A stretch of 64,000 bases of DNA, from NCBI GenBank assembly GCA_965202785.1, contig OZ241855.1, forward strand, positions 384,001 to 448,000, read 5' to 3'. The stretch comes from Thermodesulfobacteriota bacterium (GTDB lineage: Bacteria; Desulfobacterota_D; UBA1144; Nemesobacterales; Nemesobacteraceae). This document shows, in pieces, positions 46,237-55,966 of the stretch (within the stretch, counting starts at the first letter, position 1; the number at the start of each line of letters is the position of its first letter). The notes under the pieces are model-generated. The model saw nothing but the letters and a program-made list of their open reading frames with translations. It was not told where the DNA came from and ran no database searches. A program made the position numbers and the translations under genes.

Positions 46237-47790
46237 CTATCCTCTCTTCAGAAAAGAAAACATCTCCACTTCCTTTATGCCGACGAGCCTGGCAAGCAGG
46301 AAATAAAGTATAACGCCTGAACCCACCGATGCGGCCATAATCAATGCCTTGTCAAGAGAAAAACCGCTTTCGCTCCAAGTAGAGAAACCGGCAACCGCGC
46401 TTACCGCAAAACCCATGATTACCGCGATCGCGAGAATCCTGAGCGAAAAGAAGAGGATGTCGCGGGAGAGAAAATGTCCCAGACGGCCATTTAACAAAAC
46501 GACCAGCAGAACGAAGTTCGCCACTGAAGAGATTGAACTCGCAAGCGCAAGACCCAAGTGATTAAGCGAGAAGACGAACCCCAGAACGAACCCGCAGACC
46601 GCATTCAGCAGAAAACAGAAAAACGCCACCTTGACCGGCGTCTTCGTGTCCTGAAGGGCGAAAAAGGCGGGTACGGTAATTCGAATTCCTCCCACTGCGA
46701 AAAGTCCAAGTCCGTAGCCCAGAATGGCTTGGGAAGTATTTATAACCGCCACGTAATCAAACTGGCCATGCTGATAAAGAAAATTGCAGAGAGGCACCCG
46801 CAGGGCCACTATTCCGACCATTGCGGGCACCATTATAAACAGCATGCGCCTCAGGGAACGTTGATATTCTGTGCCGAAACCTCCGTAATCATCCCTCGCC
46901 GCGTAGCCTGAGAGCGCGGGAAGAGTCACGGTCGCCAGGGAAACGGCCACAACTCCGAGGGGAAACTCGATTATCCTCTCTGCGAAATAAAGGTAGGAAA
47001 CGGTTCCCTCGGACATAAAGGACGCGTATTGGGTGTTTACGAGTATGTTGAGGTTGTAGACCGCTATTCCGAAAAGCTGGGGGAACATGAGAACCGCGAG
47101 TCTTCTGACCGCAGGGTGATTGAGCGTTTTCGCAAAGCCGAACATGAACTTTTCTTTGCGAAGATAAAACAGGTGGAGCAGCAACTGCAGCACCCCCCCG
47201 CCAAGGACCCCGAAGCAGAGAGAAGCTATAGGCACTTCAAATTCCCTGTAGAGAAACAGGGCGCTTGCTATTATGCACAGGTTGAAAAGAACCGGGGAGA
47301 ATGCCGGAGCGAAGAAATGCCGTACGGAGTTAAGAACCCCCATCGCGAGAGCCGTAAGAGATATAAAAAGCACGTAGGGGAAAATAAGCCTGTTAAGATA
47401 GACCGCCAGATCGAAGGTCTTCTGATCGAATCCATAGGCGAAGAGCTTCACCAGCCAAGGAGAAAAAATTATCCCCAGTGCCACAACTAAAACGAGAATG
47501 ATGAAAAGCACGGTGAACGCGGAACGCAGGGCGTCTTTTGCCTCCCGCCTGTCCCCCGACTCAAGGTACTCCGAGAATACGGGTACGAAAATCGCCGCTA
47601 GAGAGCCTTCGGCGAAAAGGCGTCGCAGCAGGTTAGGAATACGGAACGCGACGTAAAAGGCGTCGGTCTGGAAACCCGCTCCGAAAAGTGCCGCCACCAC
47701 AACGTCCCGCAGGTATCCAACTATCCTGCTCAGTAGAGTAAGAAAACTTACCAACCCCCACTTGTGCTTATGATCTTCCCTTGCTTCCAT
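46237..47790 (-). CDS. murJ: Lipid II flippase MurJ
   Basis: TLLSRIVGYLRD, FGAG..TDAF.VAFRIPNLLRRLFAEG, F.A.QDTKTPV, GLALA.S; start at MEARED. Confidence 0.95.
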   Translation of the reverse strand: MEAREDHKHKWGLVSFLTLLSRIVGYLRDVVVAALFGAGFQTDAFYVAFRIPNLLRRLFAEGSLAAIFVPVFSEYLESGDRREAKDALRSAFTVLFIILVLVVALGIIFSPWLVKLFAYGFDQKTFDLAVYLNRLIFPYVLFISLTALAMGVLNSVRHFFAPAFSPVLFNLCIIASALFLYREFEVPIASLCFGVLGGGVLQLLLHLFYLRKEKFMFGFAKTLNHPAVRRLAVLMFPQLFGIAVYNLNILVNTQYASFMSEGTVSYLYFAERIIEFPLGVVAVSLATVTLPALSGYAARDDYGGFGTEYQRSLRRMLFIMVPAMVGIVALRVPLCNFLYQHGQFDYVAVINTSQAILGYGLGLFAVGGIRITVPAFFALQDTKTPVKVAFFCFLLNAVCGFVLGFVFSLNHLGLALASSISSVANFVLLVVLLNGRLGHFLSRDILFFSLRILAIAVIMGFAVSAVAGFSTWSESGFSLDKALIMAASVGSGVILYFLLARLVGIKEVEMFSFLKRG

Positions 47791-47797
47791 GGAAATC

Positions 47798-48037
47798 CTA
47801 GTCCTCCGGCAGATCGCCGCTTTCGGGAGGGTCGACAAACTCAAACTCTATTTCCCTTTTGAGCGCTTCCAGCACCCCGCGCGTTTCTGAAGTGAGTTCA
47901 GGAGTGGTAACCACCTTTACTATCATCTCTTTCGGAACCTCGGTTCTCACCCACATCAGGTGCCCGTAGGTGCCGAGTATCCCCTGCAAAAGAACATTGG
48001 AACTTTTGTCCGCAAGTTTTATAAAAAAAACAGACAT
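47798..48037 (-). CDS. DUF4911-like small protein
   Basis: Likely start MSVFFIKL; L..IL..Y..L..VRT, ending L..LKREI.F. Confidence 0.55.
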   Translation of the reverse strand: MSVFFIKLADKSSNVLLQGILGTYGHLMWVRTEVPKEMIVKVVTTPELTSETRGVLEALKREIEFEFVDPPESGDLPED

Positions 48038-48254
48038 TTTTTCTGAAGCAATACCATATGGAATCTCACCTTCCAAACCATCATGTCCTCGGATGAGAGT
48101 ATATACAAAATAAGCCAACAAGTAGAATTGAGGCCCCAACGGATAGTATTTTTTCTTATACCCTCTCACAACAGCATCCAGTATTTAAAGTAATATCTAG
48201 CCTTATGTTTTTACCGCTCACCCGTTGAAAAGATTAACTATTTCAAAATGTTAC

Positions 48255-48335
48255 TTGACTTTTTACATGTTTTTTTATAATTTATGAATTGGCATGGCAG
48301 GAATATATTATGGCATATAATGGCAGAAGGTAGCA
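48255..48335 (+). promoter_or_regulatory. dcw promoter with MraZ-box-like TGGCA repeats
   Basis: TTGACT(48255)...TATAAT(48276), 15-bp spacer; TGGCA at 48290, 48295, 48311, 48321 and TAGCA at 48331. Confidence 0.65.
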
Positions 48336-48339
48336 TAAA

Positions 48340-48786
48340 ATGTTCAGAGGAAGATACGAACACACCATGACCAAGACCGGAAGGGTCAGTATTCCTTCAA
48401 AGTTCAGGGAGGTCTGCAGAAAGAAATATTCCGACGAGACCTTCGTAATCACGAACTTTGACCGCTACCTCATCGCCTATCCAATGAGGGAATGGAACGA
48501 ACTCGAAAAAAAGCTCTCCAAGATATCCATAACCGACAACAAGGTGACGTCTTCAATACGCTATCTCATGGGAAACGCGGTTGACTGTCCCATAGACAAT
48601 CAAGGAAGGGTTTTGATTCCTCAGTCGCTACGCTCATACGCAGCCATTGAAACTGAAGTCGTCCTGGTCGGCATGCTGAAGAAAATAGAAATATGGTCAA
48701 AGGAGATATGGGAGAAGGAAAACGGCTCTGGAGCATTTGAGACTTTCATACAAAGCAGGGAGGTGCTCGCCGGATATGGTCTCTAA
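48340..48786 (+). CDS. mraZ: Division/cell wall cluster transcriptional repressor
   Basis: MFRGRYEH....GRVSIPSKFR, D.QGRVLIP..LR, IEIW. Confidence 0.95.
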   Translation: MFRGRYEHTMTKTGRVSIPSKFREVCRKKYSDETFVITNFDRYLIAYPMREWNELEKKLSKISITDNKVTSSIRYLMGNAVDCPIDNQGRVLIPQSLRSYAAIETEVVLVGMLKKIEIWSKEIWEKENGSGAFETFIQSREVLAGYGL

Positions 48787-49756
48787 GAAAATAAGAGCCG
48801 CGGACGCAAGTTCTGATCCGCAGGAACAGTTTCACTCCCCGGTCATGGTAAGAGAGGTAGCTGAATACCTCGACCTGCCGGAAGGCGCAATCGTGGTCGA
48901 CGCGACTGTGGGTCTAGGCGGACACTCCGAGCACATTCTTAATGAATACTCTTCGATATCGAGGCTGATAGGCATGGATGTCGATCAGGCTACGATCTCT
49001 CTTGCAAAAGGCAGGCTTTCGGCCAGTGCAGAAAAAGTAGAGATAGTAAACAGAAATTTCATACACATTAAAAACACGGTCAATTCCATGGGAATAGAAT
49101 ACGTGGACGGCATCGTCGCCGACTTGGGGATTTCTTCCTTTCAGCTCGAGCGCAGTGGTAAGGGATTCAGCTTCAACAGAAACGAGTTCCTCGATATGAG
49201 AATGGACGCGGGTCTTCAGTTCTCCGCCTACGATCTTGTAAACGAAATGAAAGGCGAAGAGCTTGAATACATACTGAGAAAATACGGCGAAGAGAAGTTC
49301 GCGGGGAGAATCGCTAACTCGATAGTGAAGAGCCGGGTGAAAAAGCCCATACAGACTTCCTTCGAACTGGCCTCAATAATCTCGAACTCAATTCCCAAAA
49401 AGTTTCATCCGAAAAAAACGCACCCCGCAACCAAGACTTTTCAGGCACTTCGGATCTCGATTAACAACGAACTCGACAATCTGGCGATCTTCATTGAAGA
49501 AGCCGTAAAAATCCTCAATACAGGAGCAAGGCTGGTGATTATCTCTTTTCACTCGCTTGAAGACAGAATAGTTAAGAACATGTTCAGAAAACTCGACTCC
49601 TCGTGTGCTTGTCCTCCGGATCTTCCCGTATGCGCATGCGGAAGAGTTCAACAGATAAGAAGGGTGACCCGATCGGTCGTAAAGCCCGGAAAAAGGGAAG
49701 TGGAGGAGAATCCCAGGGCGAGAAGTTCAAAAATGAGGGTTGCAGAGGGGGTATAA
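48776..49756 (+). CDS. rsmH: 16S rRNA C1402 methyltransferase
   Basis: H.PVM..EV, DATVGLGGHS, DLGISS.Q, LDMRMD, TFQALRI..N.EL, SFHSLEDRIVK, NPRARS. Confidence 0.97.
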   Translation: MVSKKIRAADASSDPQEQFHSPVMVREVAEYLDLPEGAIVVDATVGLGGHSEHILNEYSSISRLIGMDVDQATISLAKGRLSASAEKVEIVNRNFIHIKNTVNSMGIEYVDGIVADLGISSFQLERSGKGFSFNRNEFLDMRMDAGLQFSAYDLVNEMKGEELEYILRKYGEEKFAGRIANSIVKSRVKKPIQTSFELASIISNSIPKKFHPKKTHPATKTFQALRISINNELDNLAIFIEEAVKILNTGARLVIISFHSLEDRIVKNMFRKLDSSCACPPDLPVCACGRVQQIRRVTRSVVKPGKREVEENPRARSSKMRVAEGV

Positions 49757-49762
49757 CCGCAA

Positions 49763-50098
49763 ATGAGAAGAAAGGTCGCCGGAAAGAAAAAAACAGAGAA
49801 GGGATCGTTTCCGCGCACATTAATTATTTTCGGTATCGCTTTGATAACCGCGCTTTGCTTTCTGCGCATCAAGGTTGAACACACGAGAACCGGTTACGAG
49901 ATTTCGAAAAACCTAGAAGTCGAAAGGGCCCTTTTAAAGGAAACCGGACTGCTTCATCACGAAATTTTAAAACTCAAGTCTCTTAAACATCTCAAACCGG
50001 TGGCGGATAAAAAGGGATTCAGATTCGCCACTTACAAGGATGTCGTTTTCGTCGAAGAGGTAATAGTTGCACAGGAAGAGCGGGATGAGGAATTCTAA
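49763..50098 (+). CDS. ftsL: Cell division protein FtsL
   Basis: Basic N-terminus, single TM, coiled coil; position between rsmH and ftsI. Confidence 0.75.
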   Translation: MRRKVAGKKKTEKGSFPRTLIIFGIALITALCFLRIKVEHTRTGYEISKNLEVERALLKETGLLHHEILKLKSLKHLKPVADKKGFRFATYKDVVFVEEVIVAQEERDEEF

Positions 50099-51965
50099 AA
50101 AACAAAAACGGAAGTTTTATATTGCCTCAGTTTTCATTACGGGTCTATTTGTGCTTCTGGGGTACAGGTCCTTTGAACTCCAGGTGCTCCAAAGCGAGAA
50201 GTTTTCCGCCGGGGCTAAAAAACAGCACAGCAGGATTTACAAGATGCCTCCGGTACGGGGAACCTTGTTTGACCGGAACAAGAAACCTCTGGCCACAAAC
50301 GTCTGGACAACCTCGATCTATCTGAATCCCAAGGAAGTAAAAGACCCGGACAAACTTGCACGAGCGATATCGAAACCGCTGGGTATGTCCCGCAAGAAAC
50401 TGATCGGTCTTACACGTTCTGATAAGCCCTTTGTATGGATCAAAAGAGGAGAGGATACCGGGACAGCGAAAAAGATAGAGGCCTTGGGTCTTTCGGGGGT
50501 TGGTTTCGCCGAAGAACCGAAAAGAATTTACCCCAACGGTTCCCTGCTCGGGCAGGCAATCGGATTCACCAACATAGATCTTAAGGGAGTGGAGGGTCTT
50601 GAATACGGCTTCGAGAAGATGCTTGCAGGCAAACCCGCCACGGTGAGGATCAGAACCGACGGCAGGGGAAACCGCATATCCGACGTCCTGCTGAATGCGA
50701 AAGAACAGTCTACGAAGGGAAGCGATGTGCTGCTTACCGTGGATTCCAATATACAGCACATAACGGAAACTGCGCTCGAAAAAGGCATAAAAGAAATGAA
50801 AGCGGATAGGGGAGCCGCCCTCCTGATGAATCCTCAAACTGGTGAGATACTCTCCATGGCCTCCTATCCGTTTTTCAATCCCAACCGCTTCGGCGAGTTT
50901 TCCCAGAAAACGAGGAAGAATCTCCCCGTGTGGATGTCCTTCGAGCCTGGTTCCACGCTGAAGGTATTTTTGGCGGCGACGCTGCTTGAAGAAAAAATGG
51001 GGGATGAGAATACCGAGTATGACTGTGAAAACGGAAAGCGGAGAATCGGCCCGAAAGTAATAAAAGATGTGCACGGCCACGGAATACTGACGGTTTCCGA
51101 GACCATAACGTATTCAAGCAACATATGCGCCTGGAAAATGGGGGAGACCCTGGGAAAGAAAAAACTTCACGATTCACTCAGGAATTTCGGCTTCGGGGAG
51201 ACGGTCGGAGTGGACCTTCCCGGGGAAGCCAGAGGGAGAATACAGAGTCTGAGGAACTGGGGAGATCTAGAGTTGGCGACGATATCGTTCGGACAGGGGA
51301 TATCGGTAACGGCAATCCAGCTGGCCACCTCGCTCTCGAGCATCGCAAACGGCGGATATCTGATGAAGCCTTATATAGTGAAGAAAGTAGTCTCGCCTGA
51401 AGGCAAGGTTCTCGTGCAAAGAAGGCCAGAGCTTGTTAAAAGAGTCATTTCCTATGATACGGCTTCGAAGGTCACCAGGATACTTGAACAAGTGGTGGAA
51501 AACGGAACGGGCAAAAACGCAAGTATTCCCGGCTACAGAGTCGCCGGAAAAACAGGCACGGCGCAGATGGCCAATCCGGAGACCGGCACTTATTACAAAA
51601 ACAAATACCTTTCGTCGTTTATCGGTTTCGCCCCTGCTGATGACCCGCGTCTCGCCCTCGTCGTAATCGTCGAGAACCCCAGAAAACACAACTACGGAGG
51701 TGTAGTGGCAGCTCCCATCTTCAAGTCCATAACCGAAAAAGTGCTGTTTTACATGCAAATACCTCCTCACAAGGAAAAGCTTGAAGAAATGGTCATGCCG
51801 GACATGGTGAACAAAAGCGCGAGAGCCGTCATGAAGTGGGCGGAAAAAGAGGAAGTGGCGGTCAGGTTCATAGGAAGCGGCTACGTGGTCAGCCAGCACC
51901 CACCTTCAGGGAAAAAGATAAGAAGGGGAACGGACTGCACTTTCACCCTCAAGCAGAACATATGA
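50085..51965 (+). CDS. ftsI: Peptidoglycan transpeptidase FtsI/PBP3 with C-terminal PASTA domain
   Basis: RG.LFDRN, R.YP.G, GVEGLE, EPGSTLK, SSN, KTGTAQ; C-terminal MPD.......G.GYVVSQ.P. Confidence 0.95.
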   Translation: MRNSKKQKRKFYIASVFITGLFVLLGYRSFELQVLQSEKFSAGAKKQHSRIYKMPPVRGTLFDRNKKPLATNVWTTSIYLNPKEVKDPDKLARAISKPLGMSRKKLIGLTRSDKPFVWIKRGEDTGTAKKIEALGLSGVGFAEEPKRIYPNGSLLGQAIGFTNIDLKGVEGLEYGFEKMLAGKPATVRIRTDGRGNRISDVLLNAKEQSTKGSDVLLTVDSNIQHITETALEKGIKEMKADRGAALLMNPQTGEILSMASYPFFNPNRFGEFSQKTRKNLPVWMSFEPGSTLKVFLAATLLEEKMGDENTEYDCENGKRRIGPKVIKDVHGHGILTVSETITYSSNICAWKMGETLGKKKLHDSLRNFGFGETVGVDLPGEARGRIQSLRNWGDLELATISFGQGISVTAIQLATSLSSIANGGYLMKPYIVKKVVSPEGKVLVQRRPELVKRVISYDTASKVTRILEQVVENGTGKNASIPGYRVAGKTGTAQMANPETGTYYKNKYLSSFIGFAPADDPRLALVVIVENPRKHNYGGVVAAPIFKSITEKVLFYMQIPPHKEKLEEMVMPDMVNKSARAVMKWAEKEEVAVRFIGSGYVVSQHPPSGKKIRRGTDCTFTLKQNI

Positions 51966-53464
51966 GATTGGCAGATGTTCTGAGAAACGCGGGAATTGAA
52001 GCTATAACTGGATCCAAGAATCCGGGAGATACGGAAATTACGGGAATAACTCTCAACTCGCAGAGCGTGGAACCGGGGTCCCTTTTTATTGCCATCAAGG
52101 GCAAGGTCACCGACGGGCACAATTACGCCGCCTCCGCGGTAAAAAAGGGAGCGGCCGCACTTCTGCTTGAGGAGGTTTCAGCTGAAATCTCGGGTCTCGG
52201 AGTTCCCTTTGCAAAGACGAGCGACTCTAGGGCCGCAGCATCCATTGTCGCCTCCAATTTCCACGACCACCCTTCCCTTGCAATGAAGGTCGTTGGGGTG
52301 ACGGGGACAAACGGAAAAACCACGGTGTCTCACATGATAGAAGCCGGCTGGAAAGCCGATGGGATAAACACGGGTCTTCTGGGAACAATAGAAAACAGAT
52401 ACATGAGTAAAACCGAGCCTGCTTCCCTTACAACACCCGATCCCATCGCTTTTATGAGCATGCTGCGTGAAATGAGAGACGCCGGAGTGACAAACGTCAC
52501 AGTTGAGGTGTCCTCGCACGCCCTTGATCTAAAAAGGGTCGACGGATGTCACTTCGACGCGGCGATATTCACGAACCTCACCCAAGATCACTTGGACTAC
52601 CACAAGACACTTGAAGATTACTTCAGGGCTAAAGAAAGACTTTTCTCGGAAATTCTCGAGAAAAGCACGAAAAAAGAGCTGTTTTCGATAATAAACGCGG
52701 ATGATCCTTTCGCAAACAGGATATTCACCTCGAAAAAAGGGCAGAAAATAACGTTTTCCACGAAAAGAAAAGACTCAGTTGTATTCGCGGAGAATTTCAC
52801 GCTTGATTCTGGAGGCATAAAGGCCACACTGGCCACCCCGTGGGGCAAGGTGGAACTTGATTCAAAACTCATGGGTAAACACAACCTCTATAACATGATG
52901 GCGGCAGCCGGAACGCTCCTCTCTCTCGGTTCGTCCCTAGGGACGACCGGGAGAGCGCTGAGTGAACTCAGGCGCATCCCGGGAAGACTCGAGAAAATTG
53001 AAACTGCTTTGGGAATAGATGTTTTTGTGGACTATGCTCACACTCCCGACGCGCTTGAGAACGTGCTTGCGTGTCTGAAACCTTTCTGCGCGCAGAGACT
53101 CATCACTGTCGTGGGTTGCGGAGGAGACAGAGACAGGGGAAAACGCCCCCTTATGGCCGCGGTAGGACGCAGGTATTCGGACATGCTGATAGTGACTTCG
53201 GACAACCCCAGAACGGAGGATCCGGATAGGGTAATAACGGATATGACCGAGGGGATAGAACCCCAGGATCCGGGGGTAGTAGTAATAACCGACAGGGAAG
53301 AAGCCATAAAGCATGCCGTGGATAAGGCCGGACCTAGAGACACGGTCCTTATAGCGGGAAAAGGTCATGAGAACTACCAGATAATCGGCACTGAGAAAAT
53401 TCATTTTGACGACAGAGAAATCGCTGAAAAACACCTTGAAGCCAGGAACAGGAGAGAACTTTGA
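51962..53464 (+). CDS. murE: UDP-MurNAc-tripeptide synthetase (meso-DAP type)
   Basis: GVTGTNGKTT, TTPD, EVSSH, FTNLTQDHLDYH, DYAHTPD, DNPR, AGKGHE. Confidence 0.97.
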   Translation: MRLADVLRNAGIEAITGSKNPGDTEITGITLNSQSVEPGSLFIAIKGKVTDGHNYAASAVKKGAAALLLEEVSAEISGLGVPFAKTSDSRAAASIVASNFHDHPSLAMKVVGVTGTNGKTTVSHMIEAGWKADGINTGLLGTIENRYMSKTEPASLTTPDPIAFMSMLREMRDAGVTNVTVEVSSHALDLKRVDGCHFDAAIFTNLTQDHLDYHKTLEDYFRAKERLFSEILEKSTKKELFSIINADDPFANRIFTSKKGQKITFSTKRKDSVVFAENFTLDSGGIKATLATPWGKVELDSKLMGKHNLYNMMAAAGTLLSLGSSLGTTGRALSELRRIPGRLEKIETALGIDVFVDYAHTPDALENVLACLKPFCAQRLITVVGCGGDRDRGKRPLMAAVGRRYSDMLIVTSDNPRTEDPDRVITDMTEGIEPQDPGVVVITDREEAIKHAVDKAGPRDTVLIAGKGHENYQIIGTEKIHFDDREIAEKHLEARNRREL

Positions 53465-54846
53465 GATTCAGCCTTGACTTTCTGCTAAATTCCACCGGAG
53501 GGAACCTCGTCGGCGGCAAGATGCCGATCGGAGCTTCGGGGGTCTCCATCGATTCCAGGAATATAGAGAAAAACCAGCTCTTCGTCGCCATAGAGGGACC
53601 CAACTTTGACGGGCACGACTACGTTGCCGAGGCCTTTGAAAAAGGTTCCGCGGGAGCAATAGTGGAAAAATACCCGCAAATACAGGACTCAAAACGCAAC
53701 TGCAACGCGATAATAAAGGTCGACTCCACGCAAAAAGCCCTCCTCGAGATGTCAAGACACTGGAGAAATTCGTTCCCCGACCTAAAAGTCGCCGCCATTA
53801 CGGGTTCGAACGGAAAAACTACAACTAAGAATATGACCCACAGCATACTGTCCGTATCAGGCAGCGTGCTCAGCACCCACGGTAACCTAAACAATCAGAT
53901 AGGTCTTCCGCTCAGCCTCCTGAAACTGGAGAAGAGCCACGATTTCTGCGTGCTCGAGATGGGAATGAACTCTTTCGGGGAGATAAGAACCCTCGCGGAT
54001 ATCGCCTCGCCCGACGTGGGGACGATTACCACGGTAGGGAAAGCTCACCTGGAGGGAATGAAGGACCTTGAAGGGGTCGCAAGGGCTAAAGGAGAACTGG
54101 TTGAAAACTTCGGAGAGGAAAACACTTTCTGCGTGAACATTGACGATCTCTGGGTGGAGAAGATAGCAGCCCGCGCGCGCTGCCGGAAGATCACGTACGG
54201 AGTCGCCTCTCCAGAGGCTTTCATAAGGGCAGACGACATCAGCCACGAGGAAATGGAGTTCATCGAATTCACGATACACATCGGCAAGCAGTCCGCCAGA
54301 GCGAGAATAAGGGGAATAGGAGCCCACAATGTTTCAAACGCTCTTTCCGCCTCCGCTCTTGCGTATTCTCTCGGATGCGGAATGAACGAGATACTGGCAG
54401 GTCTTGAGAAATACGTTCCCTCAGCCATGCGCCTTGAGGTTATCCTTACCCCTTTCGGCTTCAGAGTCATAAACGACTCGTATAACGCAAATCCCGACTC
54501 GATGCGCGCGGCGCTTGACGAACTCGTCGCTCACCGGCGCGGAAAAGCGAAGGCAGTAGCGGTTCTCGGGGACATGCTGGAACTGGGAGAAAGCAGCGAA
54601 AGAGAACACCAGATGATCGGAGAACATATCTCGAAGCTCGGTCTTGACATGGTAGTAGCCATGGGAGAATTCTCCCGCTTGCTCGTATCAGCGGTGCGGG
54701 GGCAGACGGCGTGTCACGTGGCAAAGAGCCCGCAGGAGGCGGCGGCCATGCTTCTTGACGCGTGCCGAGAGGACGACTTAGTGCTTGTAAAGGGGTCGCG
54801 GGGAATGAAGATGGAAACGGTAATACAGATGCTTTACGAAACATAA
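53461..54846 (+). CDS. murF: UDP-MurNAc-pentapeptide synthetase
   Basis: IDSR, FDGHDY, TGSNGKTTTK, NN.IGLP, EMGMN, NDSYNANP, GDMLELG, KGSRGM. Confidence 0.97.
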   Translation: MRFSLDFLLNSTGGNLVGGKMPIGASGVSIDSRNIEKNQLFVAIEGPNFDGHDYVAEAFEKGSAGAIVEKYPQIQDSKRNCNAIIKVDSTQKALLEMSRHWRNSFPDLKVAAITGSNGKTTTKNMTHSILSVSGSVLSTHGNLNNQIGLPLSLLKLEKSHDFCVLEMGMNSFGEIRTLADIASPDVGTITTVGKAHLEGMKDLEGVARAKGELVENFGEENTFCVNIDDLWVEKIAARARCRKITYGVASPEAFIRADDISHEEMEFIEFTIHIGKQSARARIRGIGAHNVSNALSASALAYSLGCGMNEILAGLEKYVPSAMRLEVILTPFGFRVINDSYNANPDSMRAALDELVAHRRGKAKAVAVLGDMLELGESSEREHQMIGEHISKLGLDMVVAMGEFSRLLVSAVRGQTACHVAKSPQEAAAMLLDACREDDLVLVKGSRGMKMETVIQMLYET

Positions 54847-54849
54847 GCC

Positions 54850-55962
54850 ATGCTCTACTTTCTGCATCTTCTAAAAGACGATTTTATTTTTCTGAATGTT
54901 TTCAAGTATATAACCTTCCGCTCTTTCGGGGCCGGGCTGACCTCGTTTGTCCTCTGCGTCCTCCTCGGGAAAAAGCTGATTGACCTGCTGAAAGCGGCGC
55001 AGTTCCACGAGACCATACGCAAAGAAGGACCCAGCAGCCACGGCGTAAAAGCCGGCACTCCGACTATGGGGGGCATATTCATCGTAATGGCCATACTGGT
55101 CTCATCCCTTCTCTGGACAAACTTCCTCGTAGACAAGGTCATGCTCGTGCTCCTGTTTACGGCAAGCTTTGCCATTCTGGGATTTTTCGACGATTTCATG
55201 AAGGTAAGGAGAGGAAAGGGCATGAGGGCAAGGGTGAAGTTTCTCTGCCAGACGCTCATAGCCGCGATTTTCGTGGTTATTCTCTGCATGAACGAAAGCG
55301 GAACCTTTTCAATGTCCATGAGAGCCGGGGAAAGCGCGGTATATTCCTCGACCTCGGTGGTGTTTCCGTTCATAAAGCAGGCAGTTGTGGATCTTGGATA
55401 TCTCTACATATTTTTCGCCCTTCTGGTCACCGTAGGTTCTTCAAACGCGGTTAATCTCACCGACGGCCTTGACGGTCTGGCCATAGGTTCAATCGTTATC
55501 GTAACCACTACCTACATAATCTTCGCCTATCTGGCCGGAAACCTGCAGTTTGCAAGCTACCTGCAGATCCCGCACGTGCAGGGAGCCGGGGAACTGGCCA
55601 TTTTTCTCGCGGCGGTCGGAGGAGCATGCCTGGGGTTTCTCTGGTACAACTCCCACCCGGCTGAGGTGTTCATGGGAGATGTGGGTTCCCTTTCGCTGGG
55701 GGCGGCTATAGGATTCAGCGCCCTGATGATAAAGCAGGAAATACTCCTGATAGTGGCAGGGGGAATATTCTTCGTGGAAACGCTTTCGGTCATAATCCAG
55801 GTGATCTCGTTTCGCTCTACAGGCAAGAGGGTTTTCAGGATGACGCCCCTTCATCATCATTTCGAGCTTGCCGGATGGGCAGAATCGAAGGTGGTGGTGC
55901 GTTTCTGGATAATATGCGTTGTTCTCTCCATTCTGGCTCTTTCAAGTCTGAAGATAAGGTGA
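54850..55962 (+). CDS. mraY: Phospho-MurNAc-pentapeptide transferase
   Basis: KAGTPTMGG, DD..K, NAVNLTDGLDGL, FMGDVGSL, PLHHHFE. Confidence 0.97.
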   Translation: MLYFLHLLKDDFIFLNVFKYITFRSFGAGLTSFVLCVLLGKKLIDLLKAAQFHETIRKEGPSSHGVKAGTPTMGGIFIVMAILVSSLLWTNFLVDKVMLVLLFTASFAILGFFDDFMKVRRGKGMRARVKFLCQTLIAAIFVVILCMNESGTFSMSMRAGESAVYSSTSVVFPFIKQAVVDLGYLYIFFALLVTVGSSNAVNLTDGLDGLAIGSIVIVTTTYIIFAYLAGNLQFASYLQIPHVQGAGELAIFLAAVGGACLGFLWYNSHPAEVFMGDVGSLSLGAAIGFSALMIKQEILLIVAGGIFFVETLSVIIQVISFRSTGKRVFRMTPLHHHFELAGWAESKVVVRFWIICVVLSILALSSLKIR

Positions 55963-55966
55963 TCAA

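Noticed and set aside
48038-48169. N-terminal extension of the DUF4911-like ORF, and the track extensions of murJ, rsmH, ftsI and murE
   Set aside because: The extensions run through promoter DNA or overlap neighbouring genes; downstream ATGs fit the family N-termini
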